DNA of 64,000 nucleotides from positions 704,001 to 768,000 of the forward strand of contig JAXHNB010000006.1 of NCBI GenBank assembly GCA_034520945.1. Reading direction: 5' to 3'. Shown piece after piece: positions 1 through 8,607 of the stretch (position 1 is the stretch's first letter; every line of letters begins with the position of its first letter). Source of the stretch: Trueperaceae bacterium. GTDB lineage: Bacteria > Deinococcota > Deinococci > Deinococcales > Trueperaceae. A program made the translations under genes and the position numbers. A model generated the notes under the pieces. That model did no database searches. It was not told the DNA's origin and worked only from the letters and a program-made list of their open reading frames with translations.

Positions 1-345
1 GCGTTGGCGCGCATGCCCTGGGTGTTCGCGAATGGGCTCTTGCTATGGGCGTCGTTCACGGCGTTCGGGTTGGCCGCGTCCGTCAGTTTCGACCGGTCCG
101 GACCCGCCCTGAGCCTGAGCCTCGGCTGGTTGTTCCTGCACTACTTCCTGGAGGTGCTCGGCTCGTTGTGGGCGGACGCGCGTTGGACGCAGGACGTCTC
201 GCTCATCCACCGCTTCCGCGCCAACGATCTGCTGACCGGCGATGCGACTGTCCTGGACTTCGTCGTTCCTGGCGCGACCTTCCTGGTGTTGGTGGCGTAC
301 GCGCTGGTGGTGTTCCCGCGGCGGGACCTGGCGGCGCCCAGTTGA
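1..345 (+). CDS. ABC-2 type transporter permease, C-terminal part (5' end outside window)
   Basis: Hydrophobic helices ending in the typical ABC-2 permease tail 'ALVVFPRRDLAAPS'; frame open from base 1. Confidence 0.7.
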   Translation, partial: ALARMPWVFANGLLLWASFTAFGLAASVSFDRSGPALSLSLGWLFLHYFLEVLGSLWADARWTQDVSLIHRFRANDLLTGDATVLDFVVPGATFLVLVAYALVVFPRRDLAAPS

Positions 346-540
346 GGGCGCAGGTCGGTGGGCGCCGCCCCACCTGTCGCGTTGCGATTCAGGACGCTCG
401 TACGAGGTCGTCCAGCTTCACCACCCCGCCGTCGAGCGTGACCCATTCGAACGTCATCAGGCGGTCAGGGCGGTGACGGTGGGGGACCGGTGTCGATGGA
501 GGGCCGGCGGGCGTGGCGGTGACAAACGAAGCCTATGCCG

Positions 541-1017
541 TCATGTCGTGTGTTCAACCTTGCCGGACAGACCGTACGCGCATGGTTCGAGCCCGGCCAC
601 GCGCTCCATGCGCACCATCAACGTCGAGGAGGGCGCCACCCGCCCGTTCAGGTAGGTGGACAGGCGCGAGGACGACGTTCCGACGCGTTCGGCGAATGCA
701 CGCCGGGATAGGCCCGACGCCACCAGCAGGGCGCGTACGCGGCGGGCGACCTCGGCCCGTTCGTCCGCTTCGGCCTCCGCCCGCGCCCGTGCCAAGGCCG
801 TTGCCATCAGTTCGCTGACGCCGTAGGGATGGGTGGCGCGCAACGCGTCCTCGAGGCGCCGGGCCACGGGCCCCCACGGGTCGCGGCGCACCGCCGCGGC
901 GACGCGACGCCAGTCCGAAAGCCCGCCGCGTTCCAAGGCGGCAATGACGGCCTCGGTCGGCCAGGTGTCCACCGGGTCGGACGGGCGTGCGTCCACATTG
1001 CGGAACCGCAGCGTCAT
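541..1017 (-). CDS. XRE-family HTH protein, putative antitoxin/autoregulator
   Basis: C-terminal HTH 'SGLSRRAFAERVGTSSSRLSTYLNG'; ATG at 1017 overlaps the upstream stop (ATGA), giving MTLRFRNVDA... Confidence 0.75.
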   Translation of the reverse strand: MTLRFRNVDARPSDPVDTWPTEAVIAALERGGLSDWRRVAAAVRRDPWGPVARRLEDALRATHPYGVSELMATALARARAEAEADERAEVARRVRALLVASGLSRRAFAERVGTSSSRLSTYLNGRVAPSSTLMVRMERVAGLEPCAYGLSGKVEHTT

Positions 1018-1709
1018 AACGTGTCGTCCTCCGCCAGGAGCATGGTCTGCGCCAGCTGCTGGCACTGCGCGACCACGTTGCTCCAGGTCTGCCATCGCGG
1101 TACGAGGTGCTTGTAGCGCTCCAGCTCCATGGGGGTCCTGGAATCGGCCGGTCGCGGGTCCGCGAGTTGGCGTGTCACCTGCGACGAGACGCCGTCCCCG
1201 TCCTCGTGCTGGTCCGTGTAGTAGGCGTCCAGCCGGATCAGTGCGCGTGCCGCCTCGAGCGTGCCCATGCGGTCGCTGAGAGCGGCAACGTCGATGAAGT
1301 CTCGGGTCTGATTCCTACGCACCAGCAGGTAGGCCTTGACGCGCAGCGTTTCGGCCAAGGTGGGCACGCGCACGGTGTTGCCCGAGGGAAGCGCCAGCTC
1401 GACCGTTTCCAGGGGGCGACGGCGACGCATCTGGCGGACGCCGGCCTCGATGTCCCCAAGTCGCCCCAGGATGATCTTGCTGGGTACGACACGGTTCGTG
1501 ACCCACCCCTCCGTGTGTTCGATGGCCTCCAACACCATGTCGAAACGCTCCTTCAGGTCGGCCAGGACGTGGTCATGATCGAACGAGTCCCGGTGACCGG
1601 CGTGCACGGCAGCCGCGGTACCACCGACCAGGACGGCGTCGGGCACCACCTGCTGGAGGCGAGCCGCCGATTCGAGGACCTCGGCGAGTGAAGGTTCGTC
1701 CTCGGGCAC
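1014..1709 (-). CDS. AbiEii/DUF1814-like nucleotidyltransferase (putative toxin)
   Basis: Motifs 'LVGGTAAAVHAGHRDSFDHD' and 'K...LVRRNQTRDFIDV'; GTG start 6 nt after a TAACCT -10 box. Confidence 0.75.
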   Translation of the reverse strand: MPEDEPSLAEVLESAARLQQVVPDAVLVGGTAAAVHAGHRDSFDHDHVLADLKERFDMVLEAIEHTEGWVTNRVVPSKIILGRLGDIEAGVRQMRRRRPLETVELALPSGNTVRVPTLAETLRVKAYLLVRRNQTRDFIDVAALSDRMGTLEAARALIRLDAYYTDQHEDGDGVSSQVTRQLADPRPADSRTPMELERYKHLVPRWQTWSNVVAQCQQLAQTMLLAEDDTL

Positions 1710-1715
1710 GGAATG

Positions 1716-1733
1716 AGGTTATCATAAGTGATA
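1716..1733 (-). promoter_or_regulatory. -10 box (TAACCT) overlapped by palindrome TATCA-N4-TGATA, candidate operator
   Basis: Inverted repeat at 1720-1733 abuts the -10 (1716-1721) of the AbiEii-like gene. Confidence 0.45.
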
Positions 1734-1835
1734 CATGGCCGCGTAGGCATGCGCGCGACGGCCTTCGAGTCCGCTCGATCCCTCCGCGCTGCTCCGGTCC
1801 TGGGCAGCGCCGAACGACATCTCGCGTGCCGGGAG

Positions 1836-1850
1836 TGCATGCATGATGCA
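1836..1850 (+). promoter_or_regulatory. Palindrome TGCAT-N5-ATGCA, candidate RHH antitoxin operator
   Basis: Inverted repeat ending 3 nt before the antitoxin ATG. Confidence 0.4.
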
Positions 1851-1853
1851 GGC

Positions 1854-2090
1854 ATGCCCAAATCGATCACCATCCGTGATGTGCCCGACGACGTCAGCGA
1901 GGAACTCGCGGCGCGTGCTTCGCGATCGGGAACGTCGCTGCAGGCGTATCTTCGCGCTGAACTGATCGCGACGGCGCGTCGGCAGGAGCTCGATGTGGTG
2001 TTGGGCCGTGCCCGGGAGCGCGTGGAGCGGATGGGCAGCTCCCTACCTCGTGACACGATCCTGGGTCACATCGAGAAGGATCGGCGCTGA
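1854..2090 (+). CDS. FitA-like ribbon-helix-helix antitoxin (VapB)
   Basis: 'MPKSITIRDVPDDVSEELAARASRSGTSLQAYLRAEL' RHH pattern, directly upstream of a PIN gene. Confidence 0.85.
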   Translation: MPKSITIRDVPDDVSEELAARASRSGTSLQAYLRAELIATARRQELDVVLGRARERVERMGSSLPRDTILGHIEKDRR

Positions 2091-2485
2091 GACGCGTAGT
2101 CGACGCCTCTGTGACAGTTGCTGCGCTGGTGGACAGCGGTAGCGACGGATCCTGGGCTGCTGAATCGCTCGCGGAGAGCGCGTTGATTGCGCCGCACCTC
2201 ATGCCCGTCGAAGTTGCGAACGTATTGCGCCGGGCGCTTCGACGCGGTGAACTCGATTCGGCTTCGGCTGCCGACGCGTACCAGGACTTGTTGACCCTTC
2301 CCGTCGCATTGCTGGCGTTCGGGCCGTTCGCCGAGCGCGTTTGGACGTTGAGGTCGACGCTCAGCGCATACGACGCCTGGTACGTCGCGATGGCTGAAGC
2401 ATTGAACGTCGAGCTGCTCACCTTGGACGAGCGCATCCGGAGGGCCCCAGGTGTCCGCTGTGACGTGCTTAGCCCGGGGCATTGA
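2087..2485 (+). CDS. vapC: PIN-domain ribonuclease toxin (VapC/FitB), probable CTG start
   Basis: 'VVDAS' begins in frame upstream of the listed GTG; also 'EVANVLRR', 'YDAWYVAMAE', 'LLTLDER'. Confidence 0.85.
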   Translation: MRRVVDASVTVAALVDSGSDGSWAAESLAESALIAPHLMPVEVANVLRRALRRGELDSASAADAYQDLLTLPVALLAFGPFAERVWTLRSTLSAYDAWYVAMAEALNVELLTLDERIRRAPGVRCDVLSPGH

Positions 2486-2554
2486 ACGCGATACCGTGCC
2501 GCGTTCGGATCTGGACGTGGGCGCAATGGCCCACGCTGCCCAGCGTTCGCCCCG

Positions 2555-3037
2555 TCAGCCCTCCGCCGCGCGAATGGGCCAAGCCACGTCGCACGCGGGA
2601 TCGTCGGGGTTCGCGGCGCTCCAGTCGGTGACGTACACCTCGCGCGGGGCGCCGCTGGAGGTCGCGCCGGTGCGCGTCAGGTACTCCTCCAGCGCCTGGT
2701 ACGCCTCGAGGATGCCGGGGTAGGCCACCTGCGCCTTGGTGAGGCGAACGTACGCCTCTTGCGCGGCGGGTTCGACCCGTACTCGGACGTCGTCTTCGCC
2801 CTCGAGCGTCCCGTCGATCGGCACGCACACCTCGACGGGCCCGTCGGCCTCGGCGTCTACCGGTCCGTAGTACGCCACGAACGGTGCGCCGGCCGGGGAT
2901 AGGCCCGCGACGCTCAGGACGTCCAACAGCCGGTGCAGGTGGGTTTGGATGAAGTCGGGCAGCGCTTCGGCGGTGGTGTGCCCCTCGATCGTGGCGACCG
3001 TGCGTTCCGGGACGTGGCGGGTGTGAACTTCGTTCAT
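2555..3037 (-). CDS. GyrI-like small-molecule-binding domain protein
   Basis: 'GAPFVAYYG...GPVEVCVPI' and 'GAPREVY...DVAWPI' resemble effector domains of MerR-type regulators; ATG at 3037. Confidence 0.75.
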   Translation of the reverse strand: MNEVHTRHVPERTVATIEGHTTAEALPDFIQTHLHRLLDVLSVAGLSPAGAPFVAYYGPVDAEADGPVEVCVPIDGTLEGEDDVRVRVEPAAQEAYVRLTKAQVAYPGILEAYQALEEYLTRTGATSSGAPREVYVTDWSAANPDDPACDVAWPIRAAEG

Positions 3038-3062
3038 GTCGTGAGCATGCCATGCGTGGGCG

Positions 3063-3350
3063 GTGACCCCCGTGTGCAGGGTCGAGGGTCGCGACGTGGA
3101 TCCGCTGGACCTCGCCGCCGCGCTCACGGCAGCGTCGGGCCGCGAGGTCCAGGTGCTGATACTCGGGGACGACGTCGGCGTGCCGTTGCTCGAAGAGCTC
3201 GTTCGGGACGGAACCGTGCTCGTGGAGGGCGTGCCGGGTGCGGCGGCGTCGTGGCGCACGCGCGCCCTGGTGACGCTGGAGACCGATCGCCCTTGGTACG
3301 GGCGCATGCGCGATGCATACCTCAGGCGCCTGGCGGAACGGGGCACGTGA
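3063..3350 (+). pseudogene. 5'-truncated minimal nucleotidyltransferase (MntA-like) antitoxin
   Basis: 'LAAALTAASGREVQVLIL...LLEELVRDGTVLVE' matches the MNT C-terminal half; the GS...DxD N-terminus is absent. Confidence 0.55.
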
Positions 3351-3470
3351 TGGTCAACCGGGACTTGGTGGCGGCCAAGCTATCGGAAGCGAAGGTGCAT
3401 GTCGACCGGGTTCGGGCACATCTTCCGCCCAGCGCCGAGGAGCTTCGCCGTGACCGCGACGCACTCGTCG
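3347..3470 (+). pseudogene. 3'-truncated HEPN/DUF86 (HepT-like) toxin fragment
   Basis: 'MVNRDLVAAKLSEAKVHVDRVRAHLPPSAEELRRDRDAL' resembles DUF86 N-termini and is coupled to the MNT stop; no RxxxxH motif follows. Confidence 0.5.
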
Positions 3471-3532
3471 CCGCGTCGAAGCCGCAGGCGTCCGTCATCT
3501 GCCGCGCGACCGAACGAACGCTGCGCACGCGG

Positions 3533-6500
3533 TCACGCCACGTCGGGCGGGTCGTCCGGGGCGGCATCTTGGCCGACCCACGCGACGGCGTCCAGCACGC
3601 TACTCCGAGTACCCTCCTGCCACGCTGCCCTGAATCGGGCCGGGGCGAGCTGCGACCGCGTGGCCTCCACGTCACGGGTGTGGACCTCGCCCTCCTCGCC
3701 GGTACGGACCAGGCCGTACCGCTCCAGGACGGCCGTTTCGACGCCCCACAGCCGCGCTGCGACCTCGGGGCGTTCCTCCAAGGTGGCCAAGCTGGCCAGC
3801 GCCCACAACGAATCGACGGTGCGCCCCTCCTCGCCGAGGGCCACCCAGCGTTGGACCGTTTCCAGGAATGCGCGCCTTGCCTCGTCCAGCTTGCCGCGCT
3901 TGCGGGCCACCAGCCCCAGGTCGAAGGTAACGTCGGCCACCCCGCGGGCATCCCCCATGTCGAGGTACATCTGCAGCGCCTCGTGGTAGCTTCGCTCCGC
4001 GCCAAGCAAGTCGTTTCGTTCCTGCATCACCCCCGCCAGCATGTGGAGGGCGGTCGCGACGCCCCACCTGTCGCCGATCTCGCCGTCTCGTTCCAACGCC
4101 TGCTCCATGTGGCTCCGGGCGGCGTCCAGATCGCCCAACTGCCACGCTACGAGCCCCAGGTTGTGGTGGCTGGTGGCGATGCTCGTCGCTGCCTCGTCTC
4201 GGTGCCCGCTGTCGAGGACACGCCCGTAGTGCGCCCGTGCCTCGTCGAAGTCGCCACGCAGGCGCGCGACCTCGCCCAGGCCCGTGAGCGCCCCACGCTC
4301 CCCGTTGATGTCGCCTCGTTGGCGTGCCCGTGAAAGGGTTTCGCTGAAGTACGCCTCGGCCTCGTCCAAGCGGCGCTGCTCGATGGCGACGTTGCCGAGC
4401 GTCTGGACGGCACGCAGCTCGGCCTCGTCGTCGCTGACGGAAGCCGCGGCGGCGCGGGCCGCCTGCAGGTCATCGCGGGCCGCCTCGTGATCGCCGAGGC
4501 GATAGGCCATGGCGCCCGCCACGTGCAGTGCTCGCGACCGCCCATGCTCCGCGCGACCGTCCGCGGAAGCAAGCCCCGCCAGGGCTTGGGTGCGGCCCTC
4601 CGCGAAGCGGCCGCTGAAGCGCCAGCGATGCCACTGTGCGTCCACCAGGTCGAGGGCGAGCTGCGGGTCGTGTTCCCGGCCGTACGCTCCCGCTGCGGTG
4701 AGGTTGGCCGCCTCGAGGTCGAACCACCTCTGCGCCTCGTGCTGACGGGGCCCGTAGTACGCCGCGCTCCACGCGCGGGCACGATTCAGGAAATGCGCCG
4801 CGTGGCGCGCGGCCAACGCCGCGGCGAGGTCCTCCTCTTCTTCGAGTCGCTCGACGGCGTAGGTCCGTACCAGCGGGTGTACGGCGAAGCGCCCATCGTC
4901 CCACCTCGAAATGAGCGAGGCGCCGATCAGTGCCTCCAACGTGTCCGCGTCAGCGCCGGCGACGTCATGGGCCGAAGCCGCGTCGAAGCCGCCGTGGAAC
5001 ACCGCCAGCCGACGCAAGGCCTCGCGCTGCGTCTCCGACAACCGTGTCCAGGAGGCGTCGAAGCTGGCCCGCAGGGTGAGGTGCCGCTCAGGCCGGTTTC
5101 GCGACGTGGCGGCGAGCGCATCCATCGACGCCTTCAGCGATGCCTCCGCGTCGACGGCCGAGCCGTCCCGCAACAGGAACGCTGCCAGCTCGATGCCCAA
5201 GGGCACGCCGTCCACCAACCGGCACATCCTGGCGATCGCTTTGCGCTCTAGCGCGTCCGGCGCGTAATCCAGGCGCACACGCTTGGCGCGGTCCAGGAAC
5301 AGGTGGACCGCATCACCGTCGGTGTCCGGCTTCGAATCGTCTTGGGGCACCGGCAGGCCCTCAAGCGGGAACACCGACTCCTCCTCCAGGTCCAGGCGGA
5401 CGCGCGAGGTCGCCACGATCCGGGCGGCCGGGCAGCACGCCAGGAGGCGTGCCAGGGTGGGGGCGTCCTCCACCAGGTCGTCGACGTTGTCGAGAACCCA
5501 CAGGACGCGTCGCTGGCCCACCGTGCGAGCAAGGGCGTCCTCGTCCGTTTCGTGTGGCGCGGGAACGACCCCCATGGCGTTGGCCACGGCGGCCGCTACG
5601 GCGGCGCCGTCGCTCACGTCCTCCAGCGAGACGAAGTGCACCCCGGCCTCGAAGGTGCCGCGACTGGCCACGTCGTGTGCGAGGGCCAGGGCGAGGCGGG
5701 TCTTGCCGACCCCTCCGAGGCCAAGCAGCGTGAGAAGGGGATGGTCGTCGCGCGCCAAGATGCGGCCCAGTTCCAGTCGTTCCACGTCGCGCCCCACGAA
5801 CGAGGTGGGTGCGCGCGGCAGGATCACCGGAGTCCGCGCGGCCCGTAGCGACGCCCGTGCGCGGGCGCGGCCGGGTACCAACTCCAAGCCGAACTCGGCG
5901 GCCTCGTCGCGCACGCTTCGGGCCTCGTCGGAATCGCCGGCCACGAGCACGGCGTGCAGGCGCTCCAGCAGCTCGGGCGGGGCCGGCGGTGCCCCGGCGA
6001 TCCGGCGGGCGCGTTCGGCCAGGCCAACACCGTTGCGGTAGCGGCCAGCTGCTGCCTCACCTTCGGCCCCGTCGACCACCAGCGTGCGAATCCGCCCGGC
6101 CAACCCTTCGCGGCGTTGCAAGATCCAGGACTCCAGCTCGGTGCCCAGTGGGGGAAGGCCGCTCCCGTCGAGGAATGCACCTTCGTAGCGCGCCAGGACC
6201 TCCTCGTGGTCGCATCGCGCCAAGGCTTCCTCCACGAGCGCCACGTCCGTTTGCAGCCGACTCCGAAGGGTAGCGCCTTCGGCATGGACGGCGTCCGGTG
6301 CGGCAGCCCGCACGCGGCGGAGGGTCACCGCGAGGCGATTGAGGGGGTTCGTCGCGTCGGGCCAGAACAGCCGAGACAGGCGCTCGCGCGGTTGCGGTCC
6401 CTCGAGCGCCAGGTACGACAGAAGCAGGAGAGGCTTGTAGCGACGGAAGTCGCTGCCTTCCAGCGCCAGGTCGCCGAGCATTCGAAGGATCACACGTTGA

Positions 6501-6571
6501 AGGGTACCAAGCATGCGCCCCAGAACGCGCGCCTGGCGGGATCCAACGTCTTTGCCGCTTCCGTTGGACAT
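3533..6571 (-). CDS. AfsR/SARP-like regulator: wHTH-BTAD, STAND ATPase, TPR repeats
   Basis: 'LLSYLALEGPQPRERLSRLFWPD', 'TSFVGR', Walker A 'GLGGVGKT', 'LWVLDN', 'DGVPLGIELAA', C-terminal TPRs; true start may be slightly downstream. Confidence 0.9.
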   Translation of the reverse strand: MSNGSGKDVGSRQARVLGRMLGTLQRVILRMLGDLALEGSDFRRYKPLLLLSYLALEGPQPRERLSRLFWPDATNPLNRLAVTLRRVRAAAPDAVHAEGATLRSRLQTDVALVEEALARCDHEEVLARYEGAFLDGSGLPPLGTELESWILQRREGLAGRIRTLVVDGAEGEAAAGRYRNGVGLAERARRIAGAPPAPPELLERLHAVLVAGDSDEARSVRDEAAEFGLELVPGRARARASLRAARTPVILPRAPTSFVGRDVERLELGRILARDDHPLLTLLGLGGVGKTRLALALAHDVASRGTFEAGVHFVSLEDVSDGAAVAAAVANAMGVVPAPHETDEDALARTVGQRRVLWVLDNVDDLVEDAPTLARLLACCPAARIVATSRVRLDLEEESVFPLEGLPVPQDDSKPDTDGDAVHLFLDRAKRVRLDYAPDALERKAIARMCRLVDGVPLGIELAAFLLRDGSAVDAEASLKASMDALAATSRNRPERHLTLRASFDASWTRLSETQREALRRLAVFHGGFDAASAHDVAGADADTLEALIGASLISRWDDGRFAVHPLVRTYAVERLEEEEDLAAALAARHAAHFLNRARAWSAAYYGPRQHEAQRWFDLEAANLTAAGAYGREHDPQLALDLVDAQWHRWRFSGRFAEGRTQALAGLASADGRAEHGRSRALHVAGAMAYRLGDHEAARDDLQAARAAAASVSDDEAELRAVQTLGNVAIEQRRLDEAEAYFSETLSRARQRGDINGERGALTGLGEVARLRGDFDEARAHYGRVLDSGHRDEAATSIATSHHNLGLVAWQLGDLDAARSHMEQALERDGEIGDRWGVATALHMLAGVMQERNDLLGAERSYHEALQMYLDMGDARGVADVTFDLGLVARKRGKLDEARRAFLETVQRWVALGEEGRTVDSLWALASLATLEERPEVAARLWGVETAVLERYGLVRTGEEGEVHTRDVEATRSQLAPARFRAAWQEGTRSSVLDAVAWVGQDAAPDDPPDVA

Positions 6572-6584
6572 GCAGCGGACACGG

Positions 6585-6644
6585 TTCGATTGTCAGTGTG
6601 GCCGGAAGGCGTGAGGTTCGATCGTGGCACATGGCTTCGATCGT
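6585..6644. repeat. Three direct repeats TTCGAT(C/T)GT in the divergent promoter region
   Basis: Copies at 6585-6593, 6617-6625 and 6636-6644. Confidence 0.6.
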
Positions 6645-6673
6645 CTCCGCGTGCCAGCCTCGGAGGTTCCCCG

Positions 6674-7471
6674 ATGACCCAGACACCCACACCGCCCCGT
6701 TCGGCCGAGCGGGACACAGTCGCAACGCACCCCTCACCCCGGCAGCGGGGCGTGCTGATTCGAGGCGCCGCGATCACGGTCCTCTGCATCGCCCTGGCCG
6801 CCTGCAGCGACGTCGCCTCGCAACGGGGCGGGCTCACCGTCGAGGTGACCGGACTGCCTTCGGAGGCGGTGGCTGACGTCACCGTGCACGGAGCGTCGGG
6901 GGATCCCCTTCCCGTCGCCGGGTCGGGCCTCGTGGCGAACGCCGCGGAGGGTACCTACACCGTACGCGCTGCGCCCGTTCATGTCGACGACGTCACCTAT
7001 CACGCCGAGCCTGCTGAACAGCGCGTGAGGGTCGAGGACGGCGATCGCACCACGGCGCGCATCAGCTACGCTCCTTCGAGTGCCGTGGAACCTTCGGAGC
7101 GTGACGACACCGACATGAACGCGGCCGGGGTGACGCGCGGCGAGATGCTGCAGGGCGTGCTGTGGACCGACCGCGACGGCGATGGGCGCTTCGGGCGCGG
7201 CGACACCGTCGCTCCGGACGCGAGGGTCTACCTCGACCTCGACGGCAACGAACGCCGCGACGAGGGCGAGCCGAGCGTCCGCACCGACGGAGCGGGACAG
7301 TACCGCTTCGAGGATCTGACGCCGGGCACGAACTTCGTCGTACGGCACCAGGCCGCGGACGACGAGGACGGTGGGTTGGGGTCGGCCGCGGCCGATCGCG
7401 CCAGTGGTGGCGGTGCGACGCACCACGTGTGGTTCGGCGCGGCCCTCCCGGCTGCAGGGGACGCGCGATGA
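6674..7471 (+). CDS. Lipoprotein with Ig-like and SdrD-B/Cna-B-like domains
   Basis: GGAGG SD then ATG 6674; lipobox 'ALAAC'; 'GVLWTDRDGDG...VYLDLDGN...GEPSVRTDGAGQYRFEDLTPG'. Confidence 0.75.
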   Translation: MTQTPTPPRSAERDTVATHPSPRQRGVLIRGAAITVLCIALAACSDVASQRGGLTVEVTGLPSEAVADVTVHGASGDPLPVAGSGLVANAAEGTYTVRAAPVHVDDVTYHAEPAEQRVRVEDGDRTTARISYAPSSAVEPSERDDTDMNAAGVTRGEMLQGVLWTDRDGDGRFGRGDTVAPDARVYLDLDGNERRDEGEPSVRTDGAGQYRFEDLTPGTNFVVRHQAADDEDGGLGSAAADRASGGGATHHVWFGAALPAAGDAR

Positions 7472-8607
7472 GCGCGGCTCGCCTCCTGGCACCCTTCGGG
7501 CTGCTCCTCGTCCTTGTCCTTGGTGCCTGCGCGCAGGACGGCGCGACCCGAGGTATGCGCGTGCAGGCCGAACCCGGCCCCGGCCACGTGACCGTCACCT
7601 GGCAGGGCGTGCCCCAGGACCACACCGAGATCGACGTCGCCCGCGTGGCACTCTCCGACCAAGGCGCCCCACTCGAGGCACCACGCGTCGTCGCCGAACT
7701 CGATGCCGGCGCCGTTTCCTACCGCGATGAGGACGTCGAACCCGAGCGCAGCTACGCCTACACCGTCACGGCGCACTTGGAAGACGGCACCACGCGAACC
7801 GCGCGGCAGGAGGGGGCGACCCGCGCCATCGAGCCGCTGGTCGTCGTCCGCGCCGAGGCCGTGGCAGGAGATCACGTCATGGTCGTTCTGAACAAGCCCG
7901 TCGAGGCGCAGGACGCACTGACGCTGGGGAACTACGCCCTCGAGCCGGAGGTGGAGATCGTGGACGCCACGCTCAGCGAGCACGGCACCGAGGTCGACCT
8001 GAAGACCGCACCCTTGGAAGAGACCGAGTACACGCTCACCGTCCGCGACCTACGCGACGCAGAGGGGTACGAGCTGCTGCCGGGGCACGGCGAGGCAACG
8101 TTCACGGGGAAGCGCCTCGACAGCGACAGGGACGGACTCCATGACGAACAAGAGGGCGCCGGTTGGACCGTGGCGGTGACCTTGCTGGGGGGTGCCGTCC
8201 GGACGTGGACCGTGACCAGCGATCCCCATGTCACCGACAGTGATGACGACGGCTTGGCCGACGCAGAGGAGCGCGCGTCGAAGAGCGACCCCAAGCGCAG
8301 CGATACGGACGGAGACGGGATTTCCGACGGCGACGAGGTGAACCGCTACGGTACCGTGCCTTCGAAGGTCGACAGCGACGACGACGGCGTCACGGACGGG
8401 CTCGAGTTGTTCACGTACGGCACCGATCCGATGGATCCCGATTCCGACGGGGACGGTCTGGACGACGGTGCCGAGCTCGGGTTCGGCGGCCAGGTCAAGA
8501 CGGACCCGCTGAACCCCGACACCGACGGCGACGGCGTTCCGGACGGGGACGACCCCGATCCCGCCGGGGCGGACGTGGGCTTGCGCGCTCCGGAGCGGTC
8601 GGCATGA
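7468..8607 (+). CDS. Lipoprotein: FN3-like, Ig-like and Ca2+-binding DxDxDG repeats (binary-toxin domain 1'-like)
   Basis: ATGA overlap; lipobox 'VLGAC'; 'SYRDEDVEPERSYAYTVTA'; repeated 'DSDDDGL/DTDGDG'; 'DSDRDGLHDEQEGAGWTV'. Confidence 0.8.
   Translation: MSAARLLAPFGLLLVLVLGACAQDGATRGMRVQAEPGPGHVTVTWQGVPQDHTEIDVARVALSDQGAPLEAPRVVAELDAGAVSYRDEDVEPERSYAYTVTAHLEDGTTRTARQEGATRAIEPLVVVRAEAVAGDHVMVVLNKPVEAQDALTLGNYALEPEVEIVDATLSEHGTEVDLKTAPLEETEYTLTVRDLRDAEGYELLPGHGEATFTGKRLDSDRDGLHDEQEGAGWTVAVTLLGGAVRTWTVTSDPHVTDSDDDGLADAEERASKSDPKRSDTDGDGISDGDEVNRYGTVPSKVDSDDDGVTDGLELFTYGTDPMDPDSDGDGLDDGAELGFGGQVKTDPLNPDTDGDGVPDGDDPDPAGADVGLRAPERSA

Noticed and set aside
389..457. Tiny minus-strand ORF MTFEWVTLDGGVVKLDDLVRAS, faintly like a RibD/DHFR-family N-terminus
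   Set aside because: Too short, no continuation, similarity could be chance
2933..4333. 466-aa plus-strand ORF containing the HEPN-like fragment
   Set aside because: Apart from about 40 codons it is antisense shadow of the GyrI-like and STAND genes
3533..6571. STAND ATPase as an Avs-type antiphage protein
   Set aside because: The N-terminus is a DNA-binding wHTH-BTAD module, not a nuclease, protease or TIR effector, so a transcriptional activator fits better
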